The position numbers and the translations under genes were made by a program. Of a stretch of 64,000 bases of DNA, positions 1-11,425 are shown piece by piece. Location of the stretch: contig PDIP01000026.1 of NCBI GenBank assembly GCA_002811645.1, positions 131,035-195,034 on the forward strand, written 5' to 3'. The first letter of the stretch is position 1. The number at the start of each line of letters is the position of its first letter. This DNA comes from Corallochytrium limacisporum Hawaii. Taxonomy: Eukaryota > Protista > Pluriformea. The notes under the pieces were generated by a model, which worked only from the letters and a program-made list of their open reading frames with translations, did no database searches and had not been told where the DNA came from.

Positions 1-1
1 G

Positions 2-1366
2 ATTTTTAAGGCCCTTGATGTCGACCCGACTTTGTACACTTTGGTCTTTGGTGAATCTATTCTGAATGACGCAGTTGCCATTGTTTTGACTAGAACAGTT
101 TTGGAATTTGCGAAGTACGAGTTTACCTTCACTGTGTTCATGTCAGCAGTGGGCAAGTTCTTCTTACTCTTCTTTGGTTCCGCGGGTATCGGAATCCTTG
201 CAGGCGTTTTTAGTGCGATCCTGCTCAAGGTCATTAACATTCGAAATCTACCAACGCTGGAGTTTGCGACGGTGACTATCTTTGCATACTTCCCCTTTGT
301 TATGGGTGAAGCACTTGAGCTATCGGGCATCATGGCAGTACTTTTTACTGGGATAGTGATGTCCCACTACACCATGTACAATTTGTCGCCAACAACACAG
401 ATTTCCACTCAGCAGTTTTTCAGAACGCTGGCCTACATCTCGGAGACATTAGTATTTGCGTACCTGGGATTGGCTATTTTCAGCTTCGAACACATTTTCA
501 AACCAGGGTTCTATATTTGTGCCATTATCATGGTCATGGTAGGACGAGGGGCCAATATCTTCCCCTTGACACGCGTGCTGAATCGCTTCAGAAGCCAGCC
601 TATCAGCGAGGCCAATCAATTTATTATGTGGTTTTCGGGACTTCGTGGTACGATTGCCTTTGTGCTAAGTATTCAATTATTGGAGGATCCTCCTTTCTCG
701 GAGGAGCAGCGGGTGGTTATTCGTACTACGGCCTTGTTCACAGTGTTATTCACGATTGTAGTTTTAGGTGGCAGCACGTTGCCTTTCATCAAGGCCTTTG
801 GAACTGATAATGTCCGTCGTTCAGTTGATCATCTGTCCATTGGCAAGACTCATGATATGGAAACGAATTTGCAGACTGAATGGAACTGGATCAATGATGA
901 CCAAAACGTGGCCCTAAGCGCCCAGAACGTTTTTGAATGGGTGGATCGGAAGGCCCTACGTCCTCTCTTAAGACGAAAGTACAACTTGGCAGAGATGGAA
1001 CGGGCCCATCGAGAACTGGGTCGTCTGCGTCAGAACTTCTACGACCGAGTGGCTATGCACTCCGGCAATGATGTACAGTTTGAGCAGACAGCCCTTGGGC
1101 GAGAGCAGTCATTCGTAGCGGGAGACCTTGAGAATGGGGATGAAGAGATGGCTTGGATGAATCCATCAGCGGAGGCCCTTCAGCTCGAGCCAATTGCGGA
1201 CGAATTCACAGGCTTTGAGACCAAACCTAGTGTCACTGGAGTACGTTTTGCAGACGAGCAGAACGGACATCCTTCGAACGGTCGCAGTCACAGCGATCGT
1301 CACGAAATTCGGGACAGCGACCAGGACGCAAGCGCGCTGATCGATTTGTCGTCCGAGCGATCGTAA
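2..1366 (+). CDS. Na+/H+ exchanger, CPA1/SLC9 family, NHE8-like (5' truncated by the window edge)
   Basis: The frame is open from base 2 (IFKALDVDPTLY). It contains the NHE signature LVFGESILNDAV, the WFSGLRG motif, multiple TM helices and an acidic cytosolic tail. Confidence 0.93.
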   Translation: MFKALDVDPTLYTLVFGESILNDAVAIVLTRTVLEFAKYEFTFTVFMSAVGKFFLLFFGSAGIGILAGVFSAILLKVINIRNLPTLEFATVTIFAYFPFVMGEALELSGIMAVLFTGIVMSHYTMYNLSPTTQISTQQFFRTLAYISETLVFAYLGLAIFSFEHIFKPGFYICAIIMVMVGRGANIFPLTRVLNRFRSQPISEANQFIMWFSGLRGTIAFVLSIQLLEDPPFSEEQRVVIRTTALFTVLFTIVVLGGSTLPFIKAFGTDNVRRSVDHLSIGKTHDMETNLQTEWNWINDDQNVALSAQNVFEWVDRKALRPLLRRKYNLAEMERAHRELGRLRQNFYDRVAMHSGNDVQFEQTALGREQSFVAGDLENGDEEMAWMNPSAEALQLEPIADEFTGFETKPSVTGVRFADEQNGHPSNGRSHSDRHEIRDSDQDASALIDLSSERS

Positions 1367-1494
1367 ATTTCCTGGCAGCTGGTCTGATCGCTAGACCCGG
1401 ATCCAATCCCAATATACAAAAATTTCGTGTAGTTCTATAGTACAAATGGTAGTTCCCCGCTTCTGTGCAAGGCTGCCGAACCCTGAGGCGAATC

Positions 1495-1507
1495 TTTTCG
1501 CGCCAAA
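1495..1507. promoter_or_regulatory. E2F-type site TTTTCGCGCCAAA upstream of WAPL
   Basis: Matches the canonical E2F consensus TTTSSCGC on both strands and lies about 300 bp before the WAPL ATG. Confidence 0.55.
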
Positions 1508-1798
1508 CCCCACGCAGAAAATATCTGTCAATGTCTCAGCCGCCCCGCACCCAGTGAGACCCCCTAGTCTCATAGCGAAGTGGGAAAGCAAAGACTGACC
1601 ACGTACGGACCCAGAATTCGTAGGCGTGCAGTTAGAGGTGAGCAAGTGGTATTTAAGTAACGGGACCATAGAAGACTCTTCCATGATAGACGAAGACACA
1701 TGTATTGTCTAAGTCGATGATTGAATCTATACCTTGCATGTGCCAGCGGAAAAGTATGTGACTAATAGACAACTTCATAGAACGTACACAAAGGCGTA

Positions 1799-4342
1799 AT
1801 GAAACGGTCTGGTATGCCCTCAAAAACAGATCCTTGTACAAAATCCCAAGAATCTAAGGCAAGCGTATACGAATTTGACGATGCAGAGGACGAACCGACC
1901 AAAGCTAAAATTGGTGCGAAGGTCCAAGAAGGTCAGGCCAGTGTATATGACTTTGACGATGAGGAAGACGGTTCAGTGGGTATCCAGGGGAAGAGCTTGA
2001 AGCCACCACAAGCACGTGGAAGGTCAAGAAGCCGGAGTAGAAGTGTTGCTCGTAGCAGATCAGTCAGTCAAAGCAGTAGCAGAGGTCCGTCACGGGCATC
2101 CTCAAGGGAGCGAAGTCCGGTGAACAAGAAGACGAAGGTAACCCCGACGGAACCAGCTATTGAAGAGAAGGAAGTCGATGAAGATCCCTATGGCTTTGGT
2201 GACTTCGCAAAAGCACAAGTACCCGAGTCAGCACCGCCATCGTCCCCGAAGAGCAATTCACCATCCAGGAAGGGAACGGCTAAGACAGGTGTCCCAACTA
2301 TGTCCTCACCGTTCAAAGACTCGTCCGCTACTCCTATTGCTCGTAGGCCTGGTGCTCGATCTTCTCCGAACAAATCTCAAGTTGTGAAGATAGATCCTGC
2401 CAAGCTGCATGCCTTAAGTCGTCTCAAAGACAGGGTTAAGTCACAAGCTAGTGAACACACGAAGACTCCACCGACTGTGCAGAGAAAGTCATCGAGTTCG
2501 CTATTCAGAATCGGTAGTTCGGGAAGACGGCCAGTCATGCGAAGTATCGTTGGACCCACTGATGTACACACTCCGACGCAGGCGGCCCAAGCTGCAAACA
2601 CAGGGTATGCTAGTCGGTTTCAAGAGGACTTTGATTACTACCTGGAGGGCATTGTGCCACCAGCAACCGCAGCGTCTGCTGCTTTGACAGTTATGGCTGT
2701 CGCAAAACTGGCTCAAAAAGACTCTGACTTCAACGCGAGGTTGCGACAGGGAAAGAATGGGGCATATCTCGACTCAGTCTGTAGTGGCATCATAGCTCAT
2801 GGATTCGGTGTGGACAACGCCGGCCTTGCTTTGGCTTCTGCGTATATCTTTGCGACGTTGGCACAGGACCCTAACGAAAGTTTTGTTCCTCCTCAAGGTA
2901 TTCGCGTTTTGGCCAATATCGTTCTGAAGCATGCTAAGAGCTTTACCATTGTCGGTGGACAATCACGGATTCCCAAAGCATGTGAGCCAATCGTAAACCA
3001 AATACGTCCCCAAATTTCTTTCTTCGATGTGGATGCTCCAAATATTGCGCCGGATCAGAACAATGAACATCTATTGTCAGGAATCCCATCTGAGATGGCT
3101 CTGTTCGCGGTTTATCTTCTGAGCCATCCGGAATCTCAGGGTATGGACAAGAAGCTGATCAAACAAATTCTGCGTGAGGATGCTCGTGTGATAGATCCGT
3201 CCACGTCTGCGTCATGGACGCCAAAGCCCGTATTGACGACAGCCAAAGGGTCTCCAAGCCTTCTCAGTTTCACTGTGGGACTGGCGATGGATTTGATGCG
3301 AAAGTTTCTGAAGGGTGACACATCGTTTACAAGACTTGATCTCTGTCTCAAGGTATTGGAAAATGCAACATTTGAGGATCAGGATAACGTTAACTTCCTT
3401 CTAAAGGACAGAGACGGCAGAATCGTGCAGGCAGTATTGGCCTTTCTGAACGGATTCCTGAAGGACCACCGCATCGAACAAGTAGCTGAAGTCGCTGACT
3501 TTTCACAGATAAGTGGAATTTCGTCAATCAATTCAAGCGCTTTGAACAACAACCTCAACAACACGGCCACGAGTGTGAGCAGTTACAAACAACCTGAGAG
3601 GGAGCCAGAATACTTCGACCTGGATGAAACTGATGCATGCATGTCGGCACTGCGTCTGTTAGTTAACCTAACCCATCACAATATGCATGGATGTCAGACT
3701 ATTGCCAACAGTGATATTGGATTGCAAATCATTTGCCACGCAATTATTACTTTACCTCTGGCAGTGGTGCCTGGTCGTCGGCACGACTTTCGTGCGATTG
3801 GAATTGGTTTGCTCATCAACATTGCCGAGCAACACCCTAACTTCAGCGAGAAAATCATCAAACAGGACCTGGGCAATGAGTTGGCGCTGGAGCGCTTCAC
3901 TAGAATATTGAAGCACTGCCTCACAGCTGACAAGGCATCGAAGGCCAAGAAGGATGCCGTAAACACCAGCACGTCTTCTGCTGGCGACGAAGGCATTACG
4001 GAGCAGTTTGTGATTGCAGCATACTTGTGTATGCTCTTTGGTATCTGCTGTCGCAGCTGCCCGCGCTATACGGACTATGTCCTCGACATGCTGCCGGAGC
4101 CAAAGGCTGTCCTCCTAATTCACACCTTGCAACATTTCTTAGAATTCAAAGAGGACTCTGGTCTCGCTCACGATGATGAGATCATCGCTGTTGTCCAGGT
4201 CGTAAAATTTCTAGAGGATCGCGTCGATCCAGACCTGGTGATCAAAGAAGACAGTGACAAAAACACCAAGGAAACGAAACGGCGAGAGTCTTCGGGTGAA
4301 AGTATCCAGGAAGTTATCCAGAGCGAATTGGGTGACATCTAA
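1799..4342 (+). CDS. WAPL: Wings apart-like cohesin release factor
   Basis: Disordered S/R/P-rich N-terminus with YxF motifs. The C-terminal helical domain has WAPL-type motifs LKVLENATF, LRLLVNLTHHN, IGLLINIAE and IAAYLCMLFG. Confidence 0.85.
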   Translation: MKRSGMPSKTDPCTKSQESKASVYEFDDAEDEPTKAKIGAKVQEGQASVYDFDDEEDGSVGIQGKSLKPPQARGRSRSRSRSVARSRSVSQSSSRGPSRASSRERSPVNKKTKVTPTEPAIEEKEVDEDPYGFGDFAKAQVPESAPPSSPKSNSPSRKGTAKTGVPTMSSPFKDSSATPIARRPGARSSPNKSQVVKIDPAKLHALSRLKDRVKSQASEHTKTPPTVQRKSSSSLFRIGSSGRRPVMRSIVGPTDVHTPTQAAQAANTGYASRFQEDFDYYLEGIVPPATAASAALTVMAVAKLAQKDSDFNARLRQGKNGAYLDSVCSGIIAHGFGVDNAGLALASAYIFATLAQDPNESFVPPQGIRVLANIVLKHAKSFTIVGGQSRIPKACEPIVNQIRPQISFFDVDAPNIAPDQNNEHLLSGIPSEMALFAVYLLSHPESQGMDKKLIKQILREDARVIDPSTSASWTPKPVLTTAKGSPSLLSFTVGLAMDLMRKFLKGDTSFTRLDLCLKVLENATFEDQDNVNFLLKDRDGRIVQAVLAFLNGFLKDHRIEQVAEVADFSQISGISSINSSALNNNLNNTATSVSSYKQPEREPEYFDLDETDACMSALRLLVNLTHHNMHGCQTIANSDIGLQIICHAIITLPLAVVPGRRHDFRAIGIGLLINIAEQHPNFSEKIIKQDLGNELALERFTRILKHCLTADKASKAKKDAVNTSTSSAGDEGITEQFVIAAYLCMLFGICCRSCPRYTDYVLDMLPEPKAVLLIHTLQHFLEFKEDSGLAHDDEIIAVVQVVKFLEDRVDPDLVIKEDSDKNTKETKRRESSGESIQEVIQSELGDI

Positions 4343-4425
4343 AAGTTTATATATAGCAGCGGAAGTCCTTAGATTAAAATTCTTGAAGTCGTTTATCACG
4401 ATGGCACTGGAGTTTGAGTTTGCTG

Positions 4426-7400
4426 TCAGGATCGGAATTCTTCCAGCACATTCCACAGCTCGTTAGTGACATTGGTAATGTCCAAAATGATCGCTCCGAC
4501 GCGACTGATGCCAACCAAACCGTGGGCCTTGTTCATGATGCGTTCTTCTCGGAGAGACTGCAACATTCGCACCGCACCACTCTGACGCACCGCGGTCTTA
4601 GCCCGTGAAGAATCCCATACCGTCATGTGCAAGCAATGCAGGGCCAAAAATGAACGCTCGCAAAACAGCACACGTTGGCGGGCATTGGCACGTAGCAAAT
4701 CATCCACCTCGGCAGCACCGACGATCCCCTGGATTAGATTGCGCTGATGTGTGAGGTAGGACGTTTCATGTGCTACCAGCCCAGCGAGGTCCTCGGTTAA
4801 GGCTCCAGCCAGAGCAACTACAGCTCTGACCATCTCAGCGTTTGTGAACCACGCGTGCTTGCCGAGACCACCACAGCCTTCCTTGTTAGCGCTCATGTTG
4901 CGTAGCAGGAGCAGAGCAATACATTGCAATTGATAGCTCACTGACGGGCTATTTTTGTCATTTACTAATAGGTCACTGATGACATCCAGAATATAGTCAC
5001 ATCGCCGCAGAACGGACCTTCCAACAGAAGACATGGACATGGCCATGAGCACGCGCATGGACCATTCTCGGATACAGCGTACCCAGACATTGAAGCTTTT
5101 GTTGTGTCGGCTGTACAGAGTCCTAGATTTCAGTAGTACTTCCTGGCACAGATATGCTGGCACACTGCGACGGGCCAGAGCCGCAACACCTTCCGGTGTT
5201 GAACACAAAGAGAGGAAGATGCGCATGCCGATCTCCATGATCGCACCAGACTGCTCGCTGCGCAGCTCGCTGCGCTGCACTAAAGTGTTGATGTGCTCTT
5301 GAACCGCGTCCAAAATGAGATCGTAGGCACCTAGCGCATGCGTCACCTTCTGATTGAGCTGACCGTTGTACTTCGAAATGCGGTTCACCATAGCAATTGG
5401 TAAGGATTCAGTGACTGGCACGCGCGCCGAGAGCAATGCAGTCGTGCCTTTCGTACCGGCATTGAGCAAAATATCCACTAGACAAAGGACTGCGCCCCAC
5501 AGCTCGACGTGCCATCCACTGCCGAGCATCGCCAAACAGTGTCTTATTGCATCCGAGCAAGAGCGACCACCGAAGTCTGGCAGATCTGCGTGCCCTTCTA
5601 CAAACGCGGCCAGTAGGCCAAGGTCATCTATCAGGCCGTTGACATTTACCATAGAGTAAGTCTTGCACAAATTTGAAGCAATTCGATTTCCGGCCGCAGT
5701 GACAATGCGCTCGTTGGCCTGACTGGCAATCCGCACATCAGTACGCATTCTATAGATCTGACCAAGTAGCCAGATTGTACCTGTTGCGGTGTCGTCCAGA
5801 CCGGTAGAATCGTAAGACACCCGGGTGCCAATGCTCTCCGACATGAATTCCAGAATAACTAAGACGTTCTGTCCCGTACTGAGAATGGTTTGCAGTTGCG
5901 TCTGGGGTCCAAGCTGTAGAGTCAGCATGATGGCTTGCAGCAAAGACTCAAGTGCCGCCATAAGTTGTGGCCTCAGGAATGCTGTTACATGTTGTCCAGC
6001 TACTTCGGTATCCAATGTCATAACGTAACCAATCATTTCACTGAGTACACTGAGCTCGCCAGTTTCCATATGGTTGCCAGGTGGATTTAGGAGAAACTTT
6101 AGGATGGGACCGTGGAAGTGTTCTGACGCACAGAGACATGCCCGCATCATGTTACTGGCTTCAATCAACAAACGCATCTGTTCCACATATGCCTCCCGCA
6201 ATTCACGCATGGGCACAAACGTCTCGTTCTCAGAAAGGAGGTCTTCATAATCGCTCAAGTCATCCAGTGATTCCTTCAAATACCGTATTAGTGTGGGCAC
6301 GAACACCTCAAAGTGCTTGATGAGACCAAGCAGTGTGTCCGCGTTGCGGTCGCCGAGACTGGACTCCGGGCCGAGTTCTCCAAGAGTCAGTGAAGGATCG
6401 CTGAATATGGATGTTATCATGTGACAGATCTCATTGAGTAGAGCATGTGCTTGTTGCATAGCGGCAGCATTCTCCTCGATCAACGGGTTCTCAAGGTGTC
6501 CCATGAAATCAAACAGTTCCGCTATAGGTTCAAGATTCACATAGTGGCGAGCAATACTGTCCAATGCCAGATTAGTCCAAGCACCCAATGCCTGGCGCAC
6601 CAGCGCAAACAGAGAGTAACGCAGGGACGAAGACGGATTTTCGAGCAACACGGTTAAAGCTTCAGTGAAAGTCCGCTCCACAAAGGCACAGAGAATGCTG
6701 GGATGGATGGCAAATGCATCCTGCAAAGCATCTGTCTTTGCCAGCAGAGACCGGGCATAGACATACGCACCAATCTGTCTCAGAGACTCGGTGCGATAGG
6801 CAATACAATCTGTTCGTCTGTGCAGGACTCCCTGTGCCAAAGCATCCAGGTATGTTTGGTTTCCGAGAAGAACATCATGACCACACATTGAGTGTGTCAT
6901 AATCAAGTTTGTCAATGCGGAGAAGGGATAGAAGGCGTCTCCCAACTCCAAAGCGTTTTTCAGAAGCTGTTGGCACAAAGCTTTCGCATCATCGACCATA
7001 GAAGATGATGGGATGGGGCCACGAATTAGTCCTTGGCTAGTTCGCATCAACGAGTGTAGAGCTGCGACAGCAATCGTGGTGCTTGTGACCAGCGATCTTC
7101 GGGCAAAATCGTTTGTATCGTGCTCGGCACATCGACGAAGAATTTTAACGACTACGGTGTAGGACTGCTTCAATGAGCCAAAGCCCTCGGACATCCGTCG
7201 TGCGCTCTCTGTACCCATCGTCACACTTGCTGCGAAGCTTTGGCCAATCTCTTGGCCACTATAGGCATGCGCGCCAAAATTCAACATAAACTGGCGTGAT
7301 TGTTCGACGTGCACAAGCACACGACAAATACACTGGGCAATTGTGGGATCGAAGACAGCTGCTTCTTCACCGAGAGCGTCCATCGCCTCGATGACGCTGA

Positions 7401-10400
7401 CGTGGATCTGGCCTAAAATCTGCAGGAATTCACCTTCCCACTCACATCGTCCCATCATGCAAGAGGACAAGAGCTTCTCTATTGTGCTCACAGTCTTCCG
7501 GATGCCTCGCCGCGTCAAATTTGGTGGTAAGGGGATGGACCAGCCTGGTCCATATGCATCGTATAGTCCTGGATGGCTGAAAGACTCGTGTACACTGAAG
7601 CCCTGACAGAGAGTAGTCAGGCACTCTCGTGCAAAATGTTCCCGAGCCATTCCGATTGTGCCATGTCGGGGAGTGCCTTGTTCAAAAATTGCACAGTGGT
7701 CAAGCAAACTGTCACAGAGATACATTAATGGAATGATGGCATCGTCGTCATGACTAGCACCCAGGTCTCTGGCATACAAGCCAACATAGCCTAACGCCTC
7801 AATGGCGGATTCGAGAGAAATGTACGAGTTCGTCATGGGAACAAGGGAAAGCAAATTCTCCAAGTCAGCCAAGAACGACATGCTTGAAGAAACCCCAAAG
7901 ACCGTGCATTGATCAACCAGAAGCCTTACAAGACTGGTGCCGGACGCGGGATTCGTTTCACGCTCGTACTTGGTTACAAGCATCTGCCGTAGGGCGGCAT
8001 GCAAATTGGGCACATACGGTTCGTAGACGCTGCGCATCTGATAATAATCGATAGATATGGGTATCTGAAAGTTGCGTCGAAGACTGTACGGCATCTTGAT
8101 GGGCCCTTGGTTGCTGAGATTAGTCTCCGGCTGCGGCCGATCACTGTTCGAAGGGCTCTGAACTCTTTCATCCTGTGTGAAAACATCCACACATCGGTGA
8201 CGCAAAGCTCGCATAACCTCATCATCGAAGCCAATGATGGAGAGGATAGCCATAACTTTGCCACTCAATGTCCCATCCGTAAACATCATGTGGCATAGGA
8301 ACCCGACGAACTGCGCAACCACATTCCGGCCCTCATGATGGTGCACATAAGCCTTACACAGCTCCAGGAAGATGAGTACGCACACTGCTCGCTCGCGGCT
8401 GGTTGCTGTTTTAGATTCACAACGGTCTTGAGCAGATTTCAAATGACTAGGGGTACAAAGCTCCTGTACCTCACCATCGAATGAGTACGCCGCGACAGAC
8501 GCGAAACGCCGGGCGAGGGATACCCGCAGCTCGCCCTCCAAGTGAGAGTCCCACATGGTAGCGTACAGATCACGAGCTGACTCGTGCGCTGTTGGCGGAA
8601 TAGGATCAATCTCTTCGTGTTCGGCCAGCTTCATGGCCTCTGCGAAGCGAAGAATCTCATCAAAAGTATGGTGGTCATGTCCCTTCTCCGATTGAGACTG
8701 AAGAAGAAGTTTCCGAAGCGCGTAGGCACGACATTCCGATGAGATGTGGAAGAGTAGTCGACATAGGCTGCATACGATAGAGGAACGAAGTAGCTCTTCG
8801 TCGGTGCGCTCGATACGGCTGTGCACATCCCTCACGACCTTCCACATATCAGTGTCCTCAACAATGTATCCTTCCAGGAATGGCAAAACGCAAACCAATG
8901 TCTTTTCGAGAGCACTGTTGTGGTTTGCCTTTGCATTTATATGCTTGATAATGTCGAAAGCATGGTTGCGAGTCTCAGTCTCAGTGTCATACAATCCAAA
9001 AGCTGCGATTTGATACACGCAATCCGTAGTGACTGCAAGTTCCCAGACTGGAGGTTCCTCCGTAGCGATCACTTTCTCTATGCAGGAATACATAAAACTT
9101 CTCACATTCGCGTTTGTGTGTGCTAAGAGCTTGAGAACTTGCAAAGTACCTTTTTGGATGCCGTCATCCGGATCAAGAGACACATGTGCCTGTTTAAGAA
9201 CCGCAAAGGCAGTATTCATGGCAGCTTCGTTATCCAAAATTCCGAGAGCGTCGATGAAGTTAAGGTAGTGATCATTAAGCTCTGTTGAGCTTTCCTCGCT
9301 CTGACCGACATCTTCGCCACAATGATACAGATGTATCGCCTGGATGGCCTGAACATACTTCATACACAAATCTAGGTCACCCATGAAGGAGTCACCCAAG
9401 CGATCAAGCAGGTCTCTACATATTGAGAATATCCAGGGCCGATTGTTCTCGATTGCGCCGTCGCAGATGACTAGACGTGCTCCTGCTTGTACCGCGATGG
9501 GAAGGGTATCACGTAACACATCGACTGGCACGGACCGACTGAGGACCTCTACAATACGGAATCCAGATAGCAGTATCCGACTACCTTGTGGGAATGGCGA
9601 TGTACCATTCATATGAAGCCGGACTTGGGGCCCGATACCACCAATAATACTCTGTCCACATTCAATCTCTGACATGAAGTTCAGTAAGTGTCCTAGTTCT
9701 TCAAGGAATGGCTTGAAATGCAGTAGGTCTAGGGGACAGTCGTTCTCTAAGCAGTGCTCACAAACTTTGGCAACGTACTCTAATCCCTCTTGAATAGTCC
9801 ACAATATGCCTGCCTTGGTTTGGGATCCTTGCTGGTAGCTCACGGTCGCCATCCGCAGAAAGATGGTTCCAACTACTGACAGTGTGTCAGATACCCCGAC
9901 TGCGTTCGGCGTTGAAGTCTCCGACCACAGCTCAGGGAAAGGGGGGGCAGTCATACCGATGCTTGTGCTGCGCATGCGATTAAGTGTGGCGCCCATCAAG
10001 GCCACCAAGGCCGTCACTTCCGAGTATTGGGACCACCGTGTCACTTCCTTCAGATTCTGAGATTGCTCTATCGACTGCAATCGTTTTAAAAGCAAACGGA
10101 GCAACATTCCATGGTGAAAAATGATCTCTGCTGGACAATCCTGGAGCACGACCGACTCAAAGAATTCCATGTCATCCGACGTTTCTTTCTGTAGTGATAT
10201 GAAGATCTCATCCAGTGATTTATAGGATGCCTTGAGAGTTGTCTCGTTTGGTGGCTGAGGCAGACACCGATACATGGCATCAGATTTTAAAGTCTCTTTG
10301 TCAGTTCGACCAATAGGTGCCATCAGAGATGCAGAAGGCACACCGAGGCCCACAGGTGAGTAGCGTGCTGTCTGTGTCTCGATCGATGCTGCCAGCTGGG

Positions 10401-11157
10401 AACCTACTAGCGGTGACAACTTGGTAGAGGGCGGTTTCGCTAATTGTGAACTTTGGGCCGAGGACCGTTTTGATGGGTAAGTTATAGGGCTTGACTGAGG
10501 CCTCCCATGGAATGGTGTGTCAATTGCTTCGCTCAATTCCTTCGCGATCTTTATGCTATTTGATGCCTCAAAGTACGGCGCATGCGATGATTCACCGGGC
10601 ATACGCGCCGGACCGGCCTGTACAACTCCAGATGTGGCCACTCCGTTCGGATCTGATACCTCCTGCTCTAACTCACGCTTCCTAATCGGCAGTGTTGCCG
10701 CTTTTGCCTTACCATTTAGTTGCTTTAAAGCAACTCGCACATCCGCAGGCACTGTCCGCGAAGCCTTCTCTTGCTCTCTCTCCGATGGTCCGAGAGCCAC
10801 AAGATTTGTGCCCGCCGCAACGTCGATAGCTTGAAGAGCATCTACTCCTCCGCAGCTTCTGAAAACAAGGTATGTTTGGGCATCCAAAAATAAGTACTTG
10901 AGTATGGTTTTCAAGGGTGGAGTGCTTTCATTTAACACCTGTACCGACCCGGAATCTGTCGTTGCTTCCAAGCACTTCACTAAATCTTCAATGAAGACAA
11001 TATCTGCTCTGAGGGCTTCGACACTAACTAAGCCTAGCTCCAGTTTTTGTGCCACGTTCTTTAAGCTCCGAATGCGAATTGCATCAATTGGATGAGAGAC
11101 CTTCCTTCGCACTAGTCGGTTGGGCGAATTCGGCCTCAGTGATTGGAGCACTTCCAT
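4426..11157 (-). CDS. RTTN: Rotatin-like (Ana3) centriole HEAT/ARM-repeat protein, 2243 aa
   Basis: N-terminus RKVSHPIDAIRIRSLKNVAQKLELGLV resembles RTTN_N ([26 protein letters not shown]). It also has the VVLQDCPAEI motif (rotatin QDFPAEI), a rotatin-like size and a helical-repeat composition. Confidence 0.8.
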   Translation of the reverse strand: MEVLQSLRPNSPNRLVRRKVSHPIDAIRIRSLKNVAQKLELGLVSVEALRADIVFIEDLVKCLEATTDSGSVQVLNESTPPLKTILKYLFLDAQTYLVFRSCGGVDALQAIDVAAGTNLVALGPSEREQEKASRTVPADVRVALKQLNGKAKAATLPIRKRELEQEVSDPNGVATSGVVQAGPARMPGESSHAPYFEASNSIKIAKELSEAIDTPFHGRPQSSPITYPSKRSSAQSSQLAKPPSTKLSPLVGSQLAASIETQTARYSPVGLGVPSASLMAPIGRTDKETLKSDAMYRCLPQPPNETTLKASYKSLDEIFISLQKETSDDMEFFESVVLQDCPAEIIFHHGMLLRLLLKRLQSIEQSQNLKEVTRWSQYSEVTALVALMGATLNRMRSTSIGMTAPPFPELWSETSTPNAVGVSDTLSVVGTIFLRMATVSYQQGSQTKAGILWTIQEGLEYVAKVCEHCLENDCPLDLLHFKPFLEELGHLLNFMSEIECGQSIIGGIGPQVRLHMNGTSPFPQGSRILLSGFRIVEVLSRSVPVDVLRDTLPIAVQAGARLVICDGAIENNRPWIFSICRDLLDRLGDSFMGDLDLCMKYVQAIQAIHLYHCGEDVGQSEESSTELNDHYLNFIDALGILDNEAAMNTAFAVLKQAHVSLDPDDGIQKGTLQVLKLLAHTNANVRSFMYSCIEKVIATEEPPVWELAVTTDCVYQIAAFGLYDTETETRNHAFDIIKHINAKANHNSALEKTLVCVLPFLEGYIVEDTDMWKVVRDVHSRIERTDEELLRSSIVCSLCRLLFHISSECRAYALRKLLLQSQSEKGHDHHTFDEILRFAEAMKLAEHEEIDPIPPTAHESARDLYATMWDSHLEGELRVSLARRFASVAAYSFDGEVQELCTPSHLKSAQDRCESKTATSRERAVCVLIFLELCKAYVHHHEGRNVVAQFVGFLCHMMFTDGTLSGKVMAILSIIGFDDEVMRALRHRCVDVFTQDERVQSPSNSDRPQPETNLSNQGPIKMPYSLRRNFQIPISIDYYQMRSVYEPYVPNLHAALRQMLVTKYERETNPASGTSLVRLLVDQCTVFGVSSSMSFLADLENLLSLVPMTNSYISLESAIEALGYVGLYARDLGASHDDDAIIPLMYLCDSLLDHCAIFEQGTPRHGTIGMAREHFARECLTTLCQGFSVHESFSHPGLYDAYGPGWSIPLPPNLTRRGIRKTVSTIEKLLSSCMMGRCEWEGEFLQILGQIHVSVIEAMDALGEEAAVFDPTIAQCICRVLVHVEQSRQFMLNFGAHAYSGQEIGQSFAASVTMGTESARRMSEGFGSLKQSYTVVVKILRRCAEHDTNDFARRSLVTSTTIAVAALHSLMRTSQGLIRGPIPSSSMVDDAKALCQQLLKNALELGDAFYPFSALTNLIMTHSMCGHDVLLGNQTYLDALAQGVLHRRTDCIAYRTESLRQIGAYVYARSLLAKTDALQDAFAIHPSILCAFVERTFTEALTVLLENPSSSLRYSLFALVRQALGAWTNLALDSIARHYVNLEPIAELFDFMGHLENPLIEENAAAMQQAHALLNEICHMITSIFSDPSLTLGELGPESSLGDRNADTLLGLIKHFEVFVPTLIRYLKESLDDLSDYEDLLSENETFVPMRELREAYVEQMRLLIEASNMMRACLCASEHFHGPILKFLLNPPGNHMETGELSVLSEMIGYVMTLDTEVAGQHVTAFLRPQLMAALESLLQAIMLTLQLGPQTQLQTILSTGQNVLVILEFMSESIGTRVSYDSTGLDDTATGTIWLLGQIYRMRTDVRIASQANERIVTAAGNRIASNLCKTYSMVNVNGLIDDLGLLAAFVEGHADLPDFGGRSCSDAIRHCLAMLGSGWHVELWGAVLCLVDILLNAGTKGTTALLSARVPVTESLPIAMVNRISKYNGQLNQKVTHALGAYDLILDAVQEHINTLVQRSELRSEQSGAIMEIGMRIFLSLCSTPEGVAALARRSVPAYLCQEVLLKSRTLYSRHNKSFNVWVRCIREWSMRVLMAMSMSSVGRSVLRRCDYILDVISDLLVNDKNSPSVSYQLQCIALLLLRNMSANKEGCGGLGKHAWFTNAEMVRAVVALAGALTEDLAGLVAHETSYLTHQRNLIQGIVGAAEVDDLLRANARQRVLFCERSFLALHCLHMTVWDSSRAKTAVRQSGAVRMLQSLREERIMNKAHGLVGISRVGAIILDITNVTNELWNVLEEFRS

Positions 11158-11425
11158 GATTAATCTAACCAGACTCTGTGACCTGAACGTCCCGTGTCCT
11201 ACTATTCATGTCATCATTGCTTTCATTTTCGATCCATTTTCAGCTCAGGACATGGTTTACCACATAGTCGTTCTTAGTTTTGTCCTGGACCTATTGATTT
11301 ACCTGCTGACTACTGTGCGGCCCGGGAGCCAACTGCAGGTGTTAGGAGTCAGAGGCACCCTCCCGAAGTCCTCACGAAGTCGCGGGCTTTTTGGAAATTC
11401 CGGCCCCCCCCCCCCACTCTTGGAC

